A stretch of 64,000 bases of DNA. Source: Mobula hypostoma. Taxonomy: Eukaryota. Positions 39,739 to 52,530 of the stretch are shown piece after piece. The notes beneath the pieces were generated by a model. It had not been told where the DNA came from, searched no databases, and was given only the letters and a program-made list of their open reading frames with translations. The position numbers were made by a program, and so were the translations under genes. The DNA lies in assembly GCF_963921235.1 (NCBI RefSeq), contig NC_086097.1:93870001-93934000 (forward strand), written 5' to 3'. Each line of letters opens with the position of its first letter. Position 1 is the first letter of the stretch.

Positions 39739-41385
39739 TAGCTGTGAGAGTCAGTAGGCTTATAGTAGACATCAGTGGATAAGCTGTCTCCAGAGACAGA
39801 GACAGAAAGATCTAGAAAGGGGAGGGAGGTGTCGGAAATGGACCAGGTAAACTTGAGGGCAGGGTGAAAGTTGGAGGCAAAGTTAATAAAGTCAACGAGC
39901 TCTGCATGCATGCAGGAAGCAGCGCCAATGCAGTCGTCGATGTAGCGAAGGAAAAGTGGGGGACAGATACCAGAATAAGGAGGCAAAATTAATAATTTTC
40001 TGACACCTCCCTCCCCTTTCTAGATTTTTCTGTCTCTGTCTCTGGAGACAGCTTATCCACTGATGTTTACTATAAGCCTACTGACTCTCACAGCTATCTG
40101 GACTATTCCTCTTCTCACCGTCTCTTGCAAAAACGCCATCCCCTTCTGGCAATTCCTCCGTCTCTGCCGCATCTGCTCTCAGGATGAGACTTTTCATTCT
40201 AGGACGAGGGAGATGTCTTCCTTTTTTAAAGAAAGGGGCTTCCCTTCCTCCACTATCAACTCTGCTCTTAAACGCATCTCCCCCATTTCACGTACATCTG
40301 CTCTCACTCCATCCTCCCACCACCCCACTAGGAATAGGGTTCCCCTGGTCCTCACCTACCACCCCACCAGCCTCCGGGTCCAACATATTATTCTCCGTAA
40401 CTTCCGCCACCTCCAACGGGATCCCACCACTAAGCACATCTTTCCCTCCCCCCCCTCTGCATTCCACAGGGATCGCTCCCTACGCGACTCTCTTGTCCAT
40501 TTGTCCCCCCCCATCCCTCCCCACTGATCTCCCTCCTGGCACTTATCCGTGTAAGCGGAACAAATGCTACACATGCCCTTACACTTCCTCCCTTACCACC
40601 ATTCAGGGCCCCAAACAGTCCTTCCAGGTGAGGCAGCACTTCACCTGTGAGTCGGCTGGGGTGATATACTGCGTCCGGTGCTCCCGATGTGGCCTTTTAT
40701 ATATTGGCAAGACCCGACACAGACTGGGAGACCGCTTTGCTGAACACGTATGCTCTGTCCGCCAGAGAAAGCAGGATCTCCCAGTGGCCACACATTTTAA
40801 TTCCACATCCCATTCCCGTTCTGACATGTCTATCCATGACCTCCTCTACTGTAAAGATGAAGCCACACTCAGGTTGGAGGAACAACACCTTATATTCCCT
40901 CTGGGTAGCCTCCAACCTGATGGCATGAACATCGACTTCTCGAACTTTCGCTAATACCCCACCTCCCCCTCGTAACCCATCTGTTACTCATTTTTATGCA
41001 CACATTCTTTCTCTCACTCTCCTTTTTCTCCCTCTGTCCCTCTGAATATACCCCTTGCCCATCCTCTGGGTCCCCCCCCCCACCCGTCTTTCTTCCCGGA
41101 CCTCCTGTCCCATGATCCTCTCGTATCCCTTTTGCCTATCACCTGTCCAGCTCTTGGCTCCATCCTTCCCCCTCCTGTCTTCTCCTATCATTTTAGATCT
41201 CCCCCTCCCCCTCCAACTTTCAAATCCCTTACTCACTCTTCCTTCAGTTAGTCCTGACGAAGGGTCTCGGCCTGAAACGTCGACTGCACCTCTTCCTAGA
41301 GATGCCGCCTGGCCTGCTGCGTTCACCAGCAACTTTTATGTGTATTGCTTGAATTTCCAGCATCTGCAGAATTTCTGTTGTATTC
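39739..41385 (+). mobile_element. Penelope-like element (RT C-terminus, GIY-YIG, terminal repeat) with an inverted 5' segment at 39739-39978
   Basis: FLRYIDDC and LPFLDL..VYYKPTD on the minus strand; VIYCVRCSRCGLLYIGKT..LGDRFAEH on the plus strand. Confidence 0.92.
41250..41285 (+). ncRNA. Minimal type I hammerhead ribozyme (Penelope-type)
   Basis: AGTC-CTGACGA-AGG(GTCTCGG)CCT-GAAAC-GTC^GACT. Confidence 0.8.
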
Positions 41386-41399
41386 ATATTTAAAAAGTG

Positions 41400-42110
41400 A
41401 GATAATGTTCACAGATTCAATGTCCATTTAGGAATCGGATGGCAGAGGGGAAGAAGCTGTTCCTGAATCGCTGAGTGTGTGCCTTCAGGCTTCTGTACCT
41501 CCTACCTGATGGTAACAGTGAGAAAAGGGCATGCCCTGGGTGCTGGAGGTCCTTAATAATGGACACTGCCTTTCTGAGACACTGCTGCCTAAAGATGTCC
41601 TGAGACTTTGTAGGCTAGTACTCAAGATGGAGCCAACTGAATTTACAACCCTCTGCAGCTTCTTTCGGTTCTGTGCAATAGCCCCTCCATACCAGACAGT
41701 GATGTGGCCTTTCAGAATCCTTTTCACAGTACATCTATAAACATTTTTGAGTGTATTTGTTGACATACCAAATCTCTTCAAACTCCTAATGAAGTATAGT
41801 CGCTCTCATGCCTTTATAACTGCATCGATATGTTGGGACCAGGTTAGGTCGTCAGAGATCTTCACGCCCAGGAATCTGAAACTGCTCACTCTCTCCACTT
41901 CTGATCCCTCTATGAGGATTGATATGTGTTCCTTAGTCTTACCCTTCCTGAGATCAACTATCAGCTCTTTTGTCTTACTGACATTGAGTGTAAGGTTGTT
42001 TTGCTGTGAAACCACTCCACTAGTTGGCATATCTCGCTCCTGTACGCCCTCTTGTCTTCATCTGAGATTCTAACAACAATGGTTGTATCGTCAGCAAATT
42101 TATAGATGGT
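41400..42110 (-). mobile_element. Rex1/Babar-like LINE fragment
   Basis: NNLTLNVSKTKELIVD and FRFLGVKISDDLTW. Confidence 0.85.
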
Positions 42111-42117
42111 ATTTTTT

Positions 42118-43215
42118 TTTCATAGTCATAGTCATACTTTATTGATCCAGGGGTTTTCATTACAGTTGCTCATAAATAATAAATAGTAATAAAACCATAA
42201 ATAGTTAAATAGTAATATGTAAATTATGCCAGGAAATAAGTCCAGGACCAGCCTATTGGCTCAGGGTGTCTGACCCTCCAAGGGAGGAGTTGTAAAGTTT
42301 GATGGCCACAGGCAGGAATGACTTCCTATGACGCTCTGTGTTGCATCTCGGTGGAATGAGTCTCCGGCTGAAAGTACTCCTCTGCCCAACTAATACATTA
42401 TGTAATGGATGGGAGACATTGAACAAGATGGCATGCAACTTGGACAGCATCCTCTTTTCAGACACCACCGTCAGAGTCCAGTTCCATCCCCACAACATCA
42501 CTGGCCTTACGGATGAGTTTGTTGATTCTGTTGGTGTCTGCTACTCTCAGCCTGCTGCCCCAGCACACAACAGCAAACATGATAGCACTGGCCACCACAG
42601 ACTCGTAGAACATCCTCAGCATCGTCCAGCAGATGTTAAAGGACCTCAGTCTCCTCAGGAAATAGAGATGGCTCTGACCCTTCTTGTAGACAGCCTCAGT
42701 GTTCTTTGACCAGTCCAGTTTATTGTCAATTCGTATCCCCAGGTATGTGTAATCCTCCACCATGTCCACACTGACCCCCTGGATGGAAACAGGGGTCACC
42801 GGTACCTTAGCTCTCCTCAGGTCTATCACCAGCTCCTTAGTCTTTTTCACATTAAGCTGCAGATAATTCTGCTCACACCATGTGACAAAGTTTCCTACCG
42901 TAGCCCTGTACTCAGCCTCATCTTCCCTGCTGATGCATCCAACTATGGCAGAATCATCAGAAAACTTCTGAAGACGACAAGACTCTGTGCAGTAGTTGAA
43001 GTCCGAGGTATAAATGGTGAAGAGAAAGGGAGACAAGACAGTCCCCTGTGGAGCCCCAGTGCTGCTGATCACTCTGTCGGACACACGGTGTTGCAAGCAC
43101 ACGTACTGTGATCTGCCGGTCAGGTAATCAAGAATCCATGATACCAGAGAAGCATCCACCTGCATCGCTGTCAGCTTCTCCCCCAGCAGAGCAGGGCGGA
43201 TGGTGTTGAACGCAC
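42118..43215 (-). mobile_element. Rex1/Babar-like LINE 3' part
   Basis: ORF 42458..43165 has GAPQGTVLSP and KFSDDS; (TATGAC)n tail. Confidence 0.9.
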
Positions 43216-43224
43216 TGGAGAGCT

Positions 43225-43835
43225 CTGCCTAGCCACACAGTCGTGGGTACAGAGGGAGTAGAGCAGTGGGCGAAGTACACACCCCTGAGGTGCACCAGTG
43301 TTGATCATCAGCAAGGAGGAGATGTTATCACCAATCCGCACAGATTGTGATCTTACGGTTAGGAAGTCCAGGATCCAATTGCAGAAGGAGGTACAGAGGC
43401 CCAGGTTCTGTAATTTCTCAATCAGGATTGTGGGAATGATGGTATCAAATGCTGAGCTATAGTCAATGAACAGCATCCACACATAGGTGTTTGTGTTGTC
43501 CAGTTGGTCTAAAGCCTTGTGCAGAGCCATTGAGATTGCGTCTGCCATTGACCTACTGTGGTGATAGGCATATTGCAATGTGTCCAGGTCCTTGCTGAGG
43601 CAGGAGTTCGGTCTAGTCATGACCAACTTCTCAATGTATTTCATCACTGTAGATGCGAGTGCTACCAGGCGATAGTCATTAAGGCAGCTCACATTATTCT
43701 TTTTAGGCACTGGTATAATTGTTGCCTTTTTGAAGCAAATGGGAACTTCCGCCAGTAGCAGTGAGAGATTGAAAATGTCCTTGAATGCTCCTGCCAGTTG
43801 GTTGGCGCAGGTTTTCGGAGCCTTACCAGGTACTC
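43225..43835 (-). mobile_element. Rex1/Babar-like RT fragment
   Basis: PVPKK, NDYRLVAL, FIDYSSAFDTI and GAPQGCVL. Confidence 0.85.
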
Positions 43836-43899
43836 TGAAATAAGCAAATACTTTAAGAGGCTGTTTAAATCTGCAGCATGCTACCACCCGCACTGGACC

Positions 43900-45015
43900 C
43901 CCTACCAACAGAACCGGTCTACCCATGACGCCATAGCCACAGCACTACACACTGTCCTCACTCGCCTGGAGAAGAGGGATGTATACGTTAGAATGCTGTT
44001 CCTGGTCTACAGTTCAGCATTCAACACCATAATTCCCTCCAGAATTGACAGGAAGCTCAGAGACCTCGGCCTGCACCCCGCCTTGTGCAGCTGTATCCTA
44101 GACTTCCTATCAGATCACCGACAGGTGGTAAGGATGGGCTCCCTCGCCTCTGCCTCTTTGACCATCAATGCAGGTGCCCCCCAGGGTTACGTTCTGAGTC
44201 CCCATCTCTACTCCCTTTACACCCATGACTGTACTGCCACACACAGCTCCAATCTGCTAATCAAATTCGCAGATGACGTGACTTTGATCGGCCTTATTTC
44301 TAGCGGTAATGAGACAGCCTACAGAGGAGAGGTTAACACCCTGACACAGTGGTGCCAGGATAACAACCTCTCCCCAATGTCCAAAAATTACGAGTTGATT
44401 GTGGATTACAGGAGAAATGGAGACAGGCTCACCCTGATCAACATCAATGGGACTGCAGTTGAGAGGGTGAGTAGTTTCAAGTTCCTCAGTATACACATCA
44501 CCAATGATCTCACCTGGACTGTACACACCGGCTGTGTGGCAAAAAGAGCACAACAGCGTCTCTTCCATCTCAGGTGACTGAAGAAGTTTAGCACGAGCCC
44601 CCAAATCCTCAAGACCTTCTACAGGGGCACCATTGAGAGCACACTGACTGGCTGTATCACTGCCTGGTACAGGAACCGCACCAACCTTGATAGCTGGGCG
44701 CTGCAGAGAGTGGTACAGACAGCCCAGTGCATCTGTGGATGTGAACTTCCCTCCATTGAGGACATTTATAGCAGCAGGTGCAGGAAGAGGGCCTGGAAGA
44801 TCATTGGGGACACCAGTCACCCCATAATAAACTGTTTCAGCTGCTTCCATCTGGCAAACACTACTCTAAAGCCAGGGCCAACAGGTTACAGGATAGCTTC
44901 TTTCTACAAGCCATTAGACTTTTAAATTCACATGTCTGAACATTGCAACGGAGTCATAATGCAAAGATTTTTACTCCCTCAAATTGTGGGATGGATATAA
45001 AATTGAAATAAATTC
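43900..45015 (+). mobile_element. Rex1/Babar-like LINE 3' part
   Basis: ORF 43798..44577 has RSTHDAI, YSSAFNTI, GAPQG and KFADD. Confidence 0.88.
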
Positions 45016-45294
45016 TAAATTCTCATTTTAATTCTAATTATACAGTGAAATGCACTGTTTGCATTTAACAACCAACACACCAGAGGCAGCCCACAAGCGT
45101 CACCACACATTCCAGCAATGACAGCATAAGCAAGCCCCGTTCCTCTCTCAACCATGTACATACACAGTCCTTTAACCCCAGGGCGAACCTCCAGGGGACA
45201 TCAACTGGGACCTGTAGATACAGGGCATCGATGTTCCCAGCGCACTTGCAGCTCTGGGCAATTGGCCTCGACTTCCAATTTGATCTTCAATGAT

Positions 45295-45590
45295 ATATCT
45301 GCAGAAGCCCTTGGGATTTTCCTTCACCTTGTCTGCTAGAGCAACCTCATGCCTTCATTTAGCCCTCCTGATTTCCCTCTTAAGTGTTCTCTTGCATTTC
45401 TTATACTCATCGGGTGCCTCATTTGTTCCTTGTTGCCTATACCTGCTCTGCACCTCCTTCTTTTTAACCAGGGCCTCCATATCTCTCAAAAACCAAGGTT
45501 CCCTAAAGCTGTTAGCCTTGTCTTTTATTCTGGCAGGAACAGGCCAACTCTGTGCTCTCAAAACTTGAAAGCCTCACACTTGCAACTTAC
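45295..45590 (-). mobile_element. CR1 internal fragment
   Basis: REPWFLRD...LKREIRRAK linker region. Confidence 0.7.
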
Positions 45591-47419
45591 CACATACACT
45601 TAAGGGTTGATACTTCTTGCATGGAAAGCTCCCATTGGTGCTTTGTAGAACTTGAATTAAGGTGCGATACTCTTAATCACAGGAAATAAGAACTTGGTCA
45701 TCGAGTACAAAGTCCCTGTCTGCTCATTATTGAATGCCATTGGCAGAGGAGTGACCCATGCATTGTAGCAGTTACTTGTGATCATTTCCAATTTAGCTAG
45801 AGTTGAAATTAGATCAAATTCACAGTACCTGGAATGTACAAAGCTCCAGAAAAAGGGGGAAAAGTGCACCAAATGAGACTTGCATTACAGTGTGCCCTGA
45901 ACCAGTGTACATAGATAACAACTGCTAAGGTTCTGTATGCCTGCAGAATGGGCCTGACCACATTGTTTCAGGCCAATTCTTTCAGACGAACTGTACCACA
46001 CTACCCATTCTTCAGACAGCACCACAGATCAATCAGACAGCAATCCACACAGAATGTCACCAGAGCCCTGCCAGGAAAGGATATCGTGTTGGGTTCTTCA
46101 TTGAACATTTGTTCAGAGTCATTTGCTAGAATGCCTCATAACTGGAACTTTCAGACACCAACACTTGGCCAGACTGGAGATGAAGAAAGACCTACTAGGT
46201 ATTGGTACCACCCCACAATGCCCTTTCCAATAGCTGTGCTAGAAATAGGACCAATGCTAATTTCCTTCTTAAACGCACTTTTTAGGGAAGGTGAGAGGAG
46301 GTTTCGGGGTAAATGTAGAGGCTCATCATAACAGCTGTTCTCTGGGTTATTCACATACACAATTATCCACTGCCACTGGGGAACTCTCAGGCCTGCCTGA
46401 AACTCACTGGTGTTCCAGAGCTGTGACCAAATTTGTTCAACTGGCACGCTCCAGGGCCAGGACTACTGCTGAGGGACCTGTGAAGGCTGAGCAGCCTTCA
46501 CACAGACTGTGGGCAAGGACAACTAAACAATTTCCTGCCATTACTCACTAAGTGGTTTGAATCTGCTTTGTAACCCCATGAAACTTTGCTTGGGGTTTGT
46601 GTTCGAATGATTAATACTGTTGTGTTAACATTTTAATTAGAGTAACATTAATTTTGCTGAAAATGTTGACTTGACCTATATCAAATATTTGAAATTTTTA
46701 TGACTATATTCTGAGATTTAAAAACACTATTCTGAGAATATGTCAGTCTGTCATTGGATATTTCTGGGGCAAAATATCAGACTGAAATACTTGCAGGTAA
46801 GTGATACTGTATACTTACCAAACCTTGTTCTCACCCCAACAAACCATTGTCAAGGGAAGGCTTAATTCCCCTCTTGCTCTCACCACTCATCATTGATAAG
46901 AAGTGTGCCAACACACAGATATACATTTCAGAGTGCTGGAGTACCACACCCACAGAGCTGATTGGGTCTGTGTCCAACCTCCAGAGCTGGACTTCAGGAG
47001 TGGAAGGCTGGACTGGGTATTACATTTTTGAAGAGATTAATGGGCACCTGAAGGCCATTGAACTTGAACACTGATGCAACAGAAAAGAGCTCCATATGAT
47101 CTTTGCCCCATCCTATCCACATCCACTTCTTGGCTACAATACCTAAATCACACAAAGAATTAACAGTTTCATTCCTTGTCTATGATTCTGCATGGTGCCA
47201 ATAACAGATTCCAGTTATTAAACTACAAGTTATAAATAATGGATACACTGTCATGAGTTGATTTTATTAATAAAACTCTTAAGTGTCAATAGTAGTTTCA
47301 ATTATGTATTCTATACATAATGCTGCAGTAAGAAGTGTGTTGAAGCCTTTAAATGCCTGAGCCACTAAACCAGACCATCACGTCTTGAAGCAGCGAAGAT
47401 AACTTCACTCACCTCAACA

Positions 47420-48063
47420 CGGGCCCTCCCAGTCAGATCCCTCCTGTACGGCTGGAACATCGTCTCCACACCCCACTGCCCACGGGAGGACTGCAGTGAG
47501 GAGGAGTCTGTGACCCACCTCTTTGCACACTGTCAGTTCGCAAAGAGGGTGTGGAGGAGGATGGAGGGGCTAGTGTCACGGTTTATCCCCAGCAGCTGCG
47601 TAACAGAGGACTCTCTGATCTACGGGCCGTTCCCGGGGACGCACACGGAGACCAACATCCGGTGCTGCTGGCAGATCATCAACTCGGTGAAAGATGCTCT
47701 TTGGTCAGCCTGAAACTTCATGATCTACCAGCACATGGAGATGTCGGTGGGAGAATGCTTCCGACTGGCATGTTCTCAGCTGCAGGAGTACGTGCTGAGG
47801 GATGCACTGAAACTCGGTGCAGCTACTGCAAGGGCCCGGCGGGGAAGGACCACGGTATAGTTTCTCCACCCGCGGGAGTGGGAGGGGTCGGGTGGCAGGG
47901 AGTATAGTCCTCAACAATGATATGGTAAGCTGAACTACTGGAGTGCCAGGTGGGTGGCCATAAGTATGGATATGTACAGACCACAATGGAAACGTATGTC
48001 AAGGATGGAAAGTTATTGAATGGTTTATTGTGTATAATTTATTTTTGAATAAAGTATATTTTG
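47420..48063 (+). mobile_element. L1/Tx1-clade LINE 3' end
   Basis: ALPVRSLL...CPREDC..EESVTHLFAHC (C-terminal CCHC); AATAAA near 48048. Confidence 0.8.
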
Positions 48064-50236
48064 ATTCTACAACGGATGGACTCACTTTCAAGGACTCTAC
48101 AAACCATGTTCTCAGTGTTTATTTATTTATTTGCTTGGGGTTTTTTTTGTATTTGCACAGTTTGTCTTCTGCACGTTGGTTGTTTGACAAGTCTTTGAAT
48201 GTAGTTTTTCATTGATTCTATTGTATTTCTTTGTTCTATCGTGCATGCAAGAAAATGAATCAATGGTGCTGTATGGTGATGTATGTCAAGGGTAGTATAT
48301 GGTGACTTCACTTTGAAATCTGAAAATTGAAAACTGGACTCTACCACAGACCCGCACTCCTGAACTAGTAGTCAAGAAGCATGCTGTAATGGATGAATAG
48401 AAGTTAGGAATAGGCAGATAAGTACTAGAAGAGCTAGGTGTCAGAGATAATGAAAATGCAAAAGCAAGTTGGTTCTTCGGGCATCTAATGCCAAAGAAAA
48501 GTTGTTTTGCAATGTTTTACCAAGCCAGTCAGAGAAGCGAGAAGTCCACATTCCATTACTGTTGAGCTTGATGTATTTTCTCCAAACTCTCACTATGGGT
48601 CAAACCAGATTCAAGTCTGAATGGTTTAGACAAAGAATGTTATTGTTGGCCAATTTGTAAGTGGCAGACAAGCAAGTCAAATTTTCTGTTGTTTGATAGT
48701 AGTTAAAGAGTCTCAACAGCCATCTTTCAGGAAGGGCAAGGTTGTCCAATTAAAAACACAAGAGATTTGGCAGAGTAACACCCACAAAATGCTAGAGGAA
48801 CTCAGCAGATCAGACAGCATCTATGAAAAGGAATAAAGAGTCAGCATTTTGGGCTGGAAACCCCTCAGCAGAACCTGCTGAGTTCCTCTATCATTTTGTC
48901 AAATACTACAATGAAGTGACATAATTCAGATTTTACTTGTCTTCCCCCTTAGAACGTAGAAGAGTACAGCACAGGAACGGGCCATTTGGCCCGCAATATC
49001 ATGCCAAACCAGGTGAAAAGCAAATCAAGAGCACCCAAACACTAATCACTCCTATCTACACCATGTCTACCTCCATCTTCCTTACATCCATATGCCTATC
49101 CAAACAGCTCTTAAAGGTCTCTGATGTATTTGCCTCTACCTCCATACCAGGCAGTGCATTCCAGGCATCTACCACTCTGAGTATAAAACTTACCCCTCAC
49201 ATCCCCCTTGAACCTACCCCGTCTTGCCTTCAATTCATACCCTCTAGTTTTAGACTTTTCTACCCTGTAAAACAGATACCCTATCCACTCTATCTATGCC
49301 AGTCATATAAATCCCTATCAGGTCTCTCCTCAGGCTCTGGCGCTCCAGAGAAAACAGCCCAAGTTTATCCAGCCTCCAGTGATAGCACATGCCCTCTCAA
49401 CCAGGAAGCATCCTGGTAAACCTCTTCTGAACCCTCTCCAAAGCCTCAACATCCTTCCTATAATGGGACAACCAGAAATGTATGCAATAATCCTGATGTG
49501 GCGTAACCAGAGTTTTATAAAGTTGCAACATAACCTCCTGACTTTTCAACTCAATGCCTTGACTTATAAAAGCAAGTATTCCATAAACCTTCTTGACCAC
49601 CTTATCGACCCGTGTAGCCACTTTCAAACAGCTATGAACTTGGATTCCAAGATCTCTCTGCTCAGCAACACTGTTAAGGATCTTGTCCTTAACTATGTAC
49701 TGCTTCCTTGACTTTGCCCTACTAGGTGCAACATCTCACATTTATCTGAGTTAAACTTCATCAGCCATTTCTCTGCCCATATCGGCAAATGATCTATATA
49801 GCGCGGTATTCTTTGCCAGTCTTCTACACTACCCGTAATTCCACCAATCTTGGTATCATCTGCAAACTTACTCACCCACCCATCTACATTTTCATCCAGA
49901 TTATTTATGTACATCACAAACAGCAGAAGTCCCAGCACAGATCACTGCAGAACTCCACTAATTACAGACCTCCAGCTGGAATAAGTCCCTTCAACCACTA
50001 CCCTCTGTCTTCTATCTGCAAGCCAGTTGTGAATCCAAACAGCCAATTCACATGGCCCACATGTATCTGAATCTTCTGCAACCTCCCATGAGAGACTTTG
50101 TCAAACGCCATACTAAAATCTATGTGGACAACATTCACTGCCCTACCCTCATTAATCTCTTTCGTCACCTTGTCAAACTGGTAAGGCACGACCTGCCATG
50201 TACAAAGCCGTGTGGTTTAATTAGGTCATGGCTTTC

Positions 50237-50880
50237 ATAGAAACATAGAAAACCTACAGCATAATACAGGCCCTTTGGCCCTCAAAGCTGTGCCGAACAT
50301 GTACTTACCTTAGAACTACCTAGGCTTACCCATAGCCCTCTATTTTTCTAAGTTCCACGTAGCCATCCAGGAGTCTCTTAAAAGACCCTATCGTTTCTGC
50401 CTCCGCTGCCCGCCACCGGCAGCCCATTCCACGCACTCACCACTCTCTGTGTAAAAAACTTGCCCCTGACATCTCCTCTGTACCTACTTCCAAGCACCTT
50501 AAAACTATACCCTCTCATGCTAGCCATTTCAGCCCTGGGAAAAAGCCTCTGACTATCCACACCATCAATGCCTCTCATTATCTTGTACACCTCTATCAGG
50601 TCACCTCTCATCCTCGTTGCTCCAAAGAGAAAAGGCCGAGTTCACTCAACCTATTCTCATAAGGCATGCTCCCCGATCCAGGCAATATCCTTGTAAATCT
50701 CCTCTGCACCCTTTCTATGGTATCCACGTCCTTCCTGTAGTGAGGCGACCGGAACTGAGCACAGTATTCCAAGCGGGGTCTGACCAGGGTCCTATATAGC
50801 TGCAACATTACCTCTCAGCTCTTAAACTCAACCCCACGACTGATGAAGGCCAATGCACCGTATGCCTTCTTAACCACAGA
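50237..50880 (-). mobile_element. CR1 3' fragment (nested)
   Basis: (CATAGAAA) tail; ORFs 50378..50611 and 50608..50808. Confidence 0.9.
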
Positions 50881-52530
50881 AAGGCCAAATGCTTGTATCT
50901 CCTATCCCTAAGAATTTTCCCCAGCAATCTCCCTACAACTGATGTGAGACTCTCCAGTCTATAGTTCCCAGGATTTTTCCCTTGTTCCCTTCTTAAACAC
51001 AGGTAGAACATTAGCACCCCCCAGTCTAGCCTATGGCTAGAGAGGACACGAAACTACTGGCCAAGTGACCAACATCTTGTCTCTTGCCTCCTTCAATAAC
51101 CTGGGGTAAATTCCATCAGGCCCTCGGGGCTTATCCACTTTAGTATTCATTAGGAGACCCAACACCTCCCCCTCCTAACGTATTTATACACTCAGCACTG
51201 ATCTCCTGGTCCTCCAAATCCTTTTCCTTGCTAAATACTGAAGCAAAGTACTCATTAAGTACCTCATTCACATTCTCTGCATCCAAGCAAATGTTCACCC
51301 CCCCCTTTATCCTTGAGTGATCCCACCCCTTCTTTTGATGTATGTATAGAATGCCTTGGGACTCACTTTAATCCTACTTGCCAAGAACTTTTCATGGCCC
51401 CTCCTGGATTTCCTAATTCTCTTCTTTAGTTCTTTTCTGGCTTCTTTGTACTCCTCATGTGCTTTGTTTGATCCTATCCTCCAAAGTTTTACATACATTT
51501 CCTTTCTCTTCTTGACGAAATTCATCGTCTCCCTGACATCCAAGGTTCTCTTATCTTTCCATCCCCATCTGTCCTTCTAACAGGAGCATACCTTTCCTGT
51601 ACTCTGTGCAATTGATCTTTGAACACCCCCCACATGTCTGATGTAGACTTGCCAGAAAAAAAGGATTTCCCAGTTAACGCTTTTTAGTTCCTGCCTAATG
51701 CCCTCATAATTTGCCCTGCTCCAATTTAAAACTCTCCTGCAAGGACCATACCTATCCTTATCTATAGCTTTCCTGGAAGTTAAGGAGTTGTGGTCACTGT
51801 TCCCTAACTGTTCACCCAGTGAAAGGTCAGTCACCGGGCCAGGGTCATTACCCAACACCAGGTCCAGTACAGCCCCTCCTCTTGTTGGACTGTCCACATA
51901 GTGATTTAATAAACCTTCCTGGGTACACTTAACAAATTCTGCTCCATCCAAACCCCTTGCACTAAGAAGGCCTCAATTTACATTAGAGGTTGAAATCCCC
52001 CATGACAACAAGCCTATTAATTTTACACATTTCCTTAATCTGATTACATATCTGTTCCTCAATGTCCCGGTGGCTATAAGGGAGTCTGTTGTACAATCTC
52101 ATCAGTGTGATTGTACCCTTCCTATTCCCAATTCCCACCCAAATGGCCTCAGTGTCTGACCCCTCCATGTTGTGATATTATCGCTGATTAGCAGTGCAAC
52201 TCCCCACCCCAACCCACTCCTTTTACCTTCTCCTCTATCTTTTCTAGAACTTTGAAAACCTGGTCATTAATCACCCATCCCTGACCCTCTCTCAACCAAG
52301 TTTCAGTAATGGATAAAACAGCGTAGGTCCATGCACTAAGTTTATCACCCTTACCCATAATACTCCAAGCATGAAAATATACACAGTCCAAACTATCCAA
52401 CCCATCATACCTGTTGTTTCGATTTTGCCTTTCAATACTTTCCCTGACATCTACCTTCTGGTTCAATCCTTACCTTACTGACCTGGGGCTCTGGTTCCCA
52501 TGGCCCTGCAAAACTAGTTTCAATTCTCCC

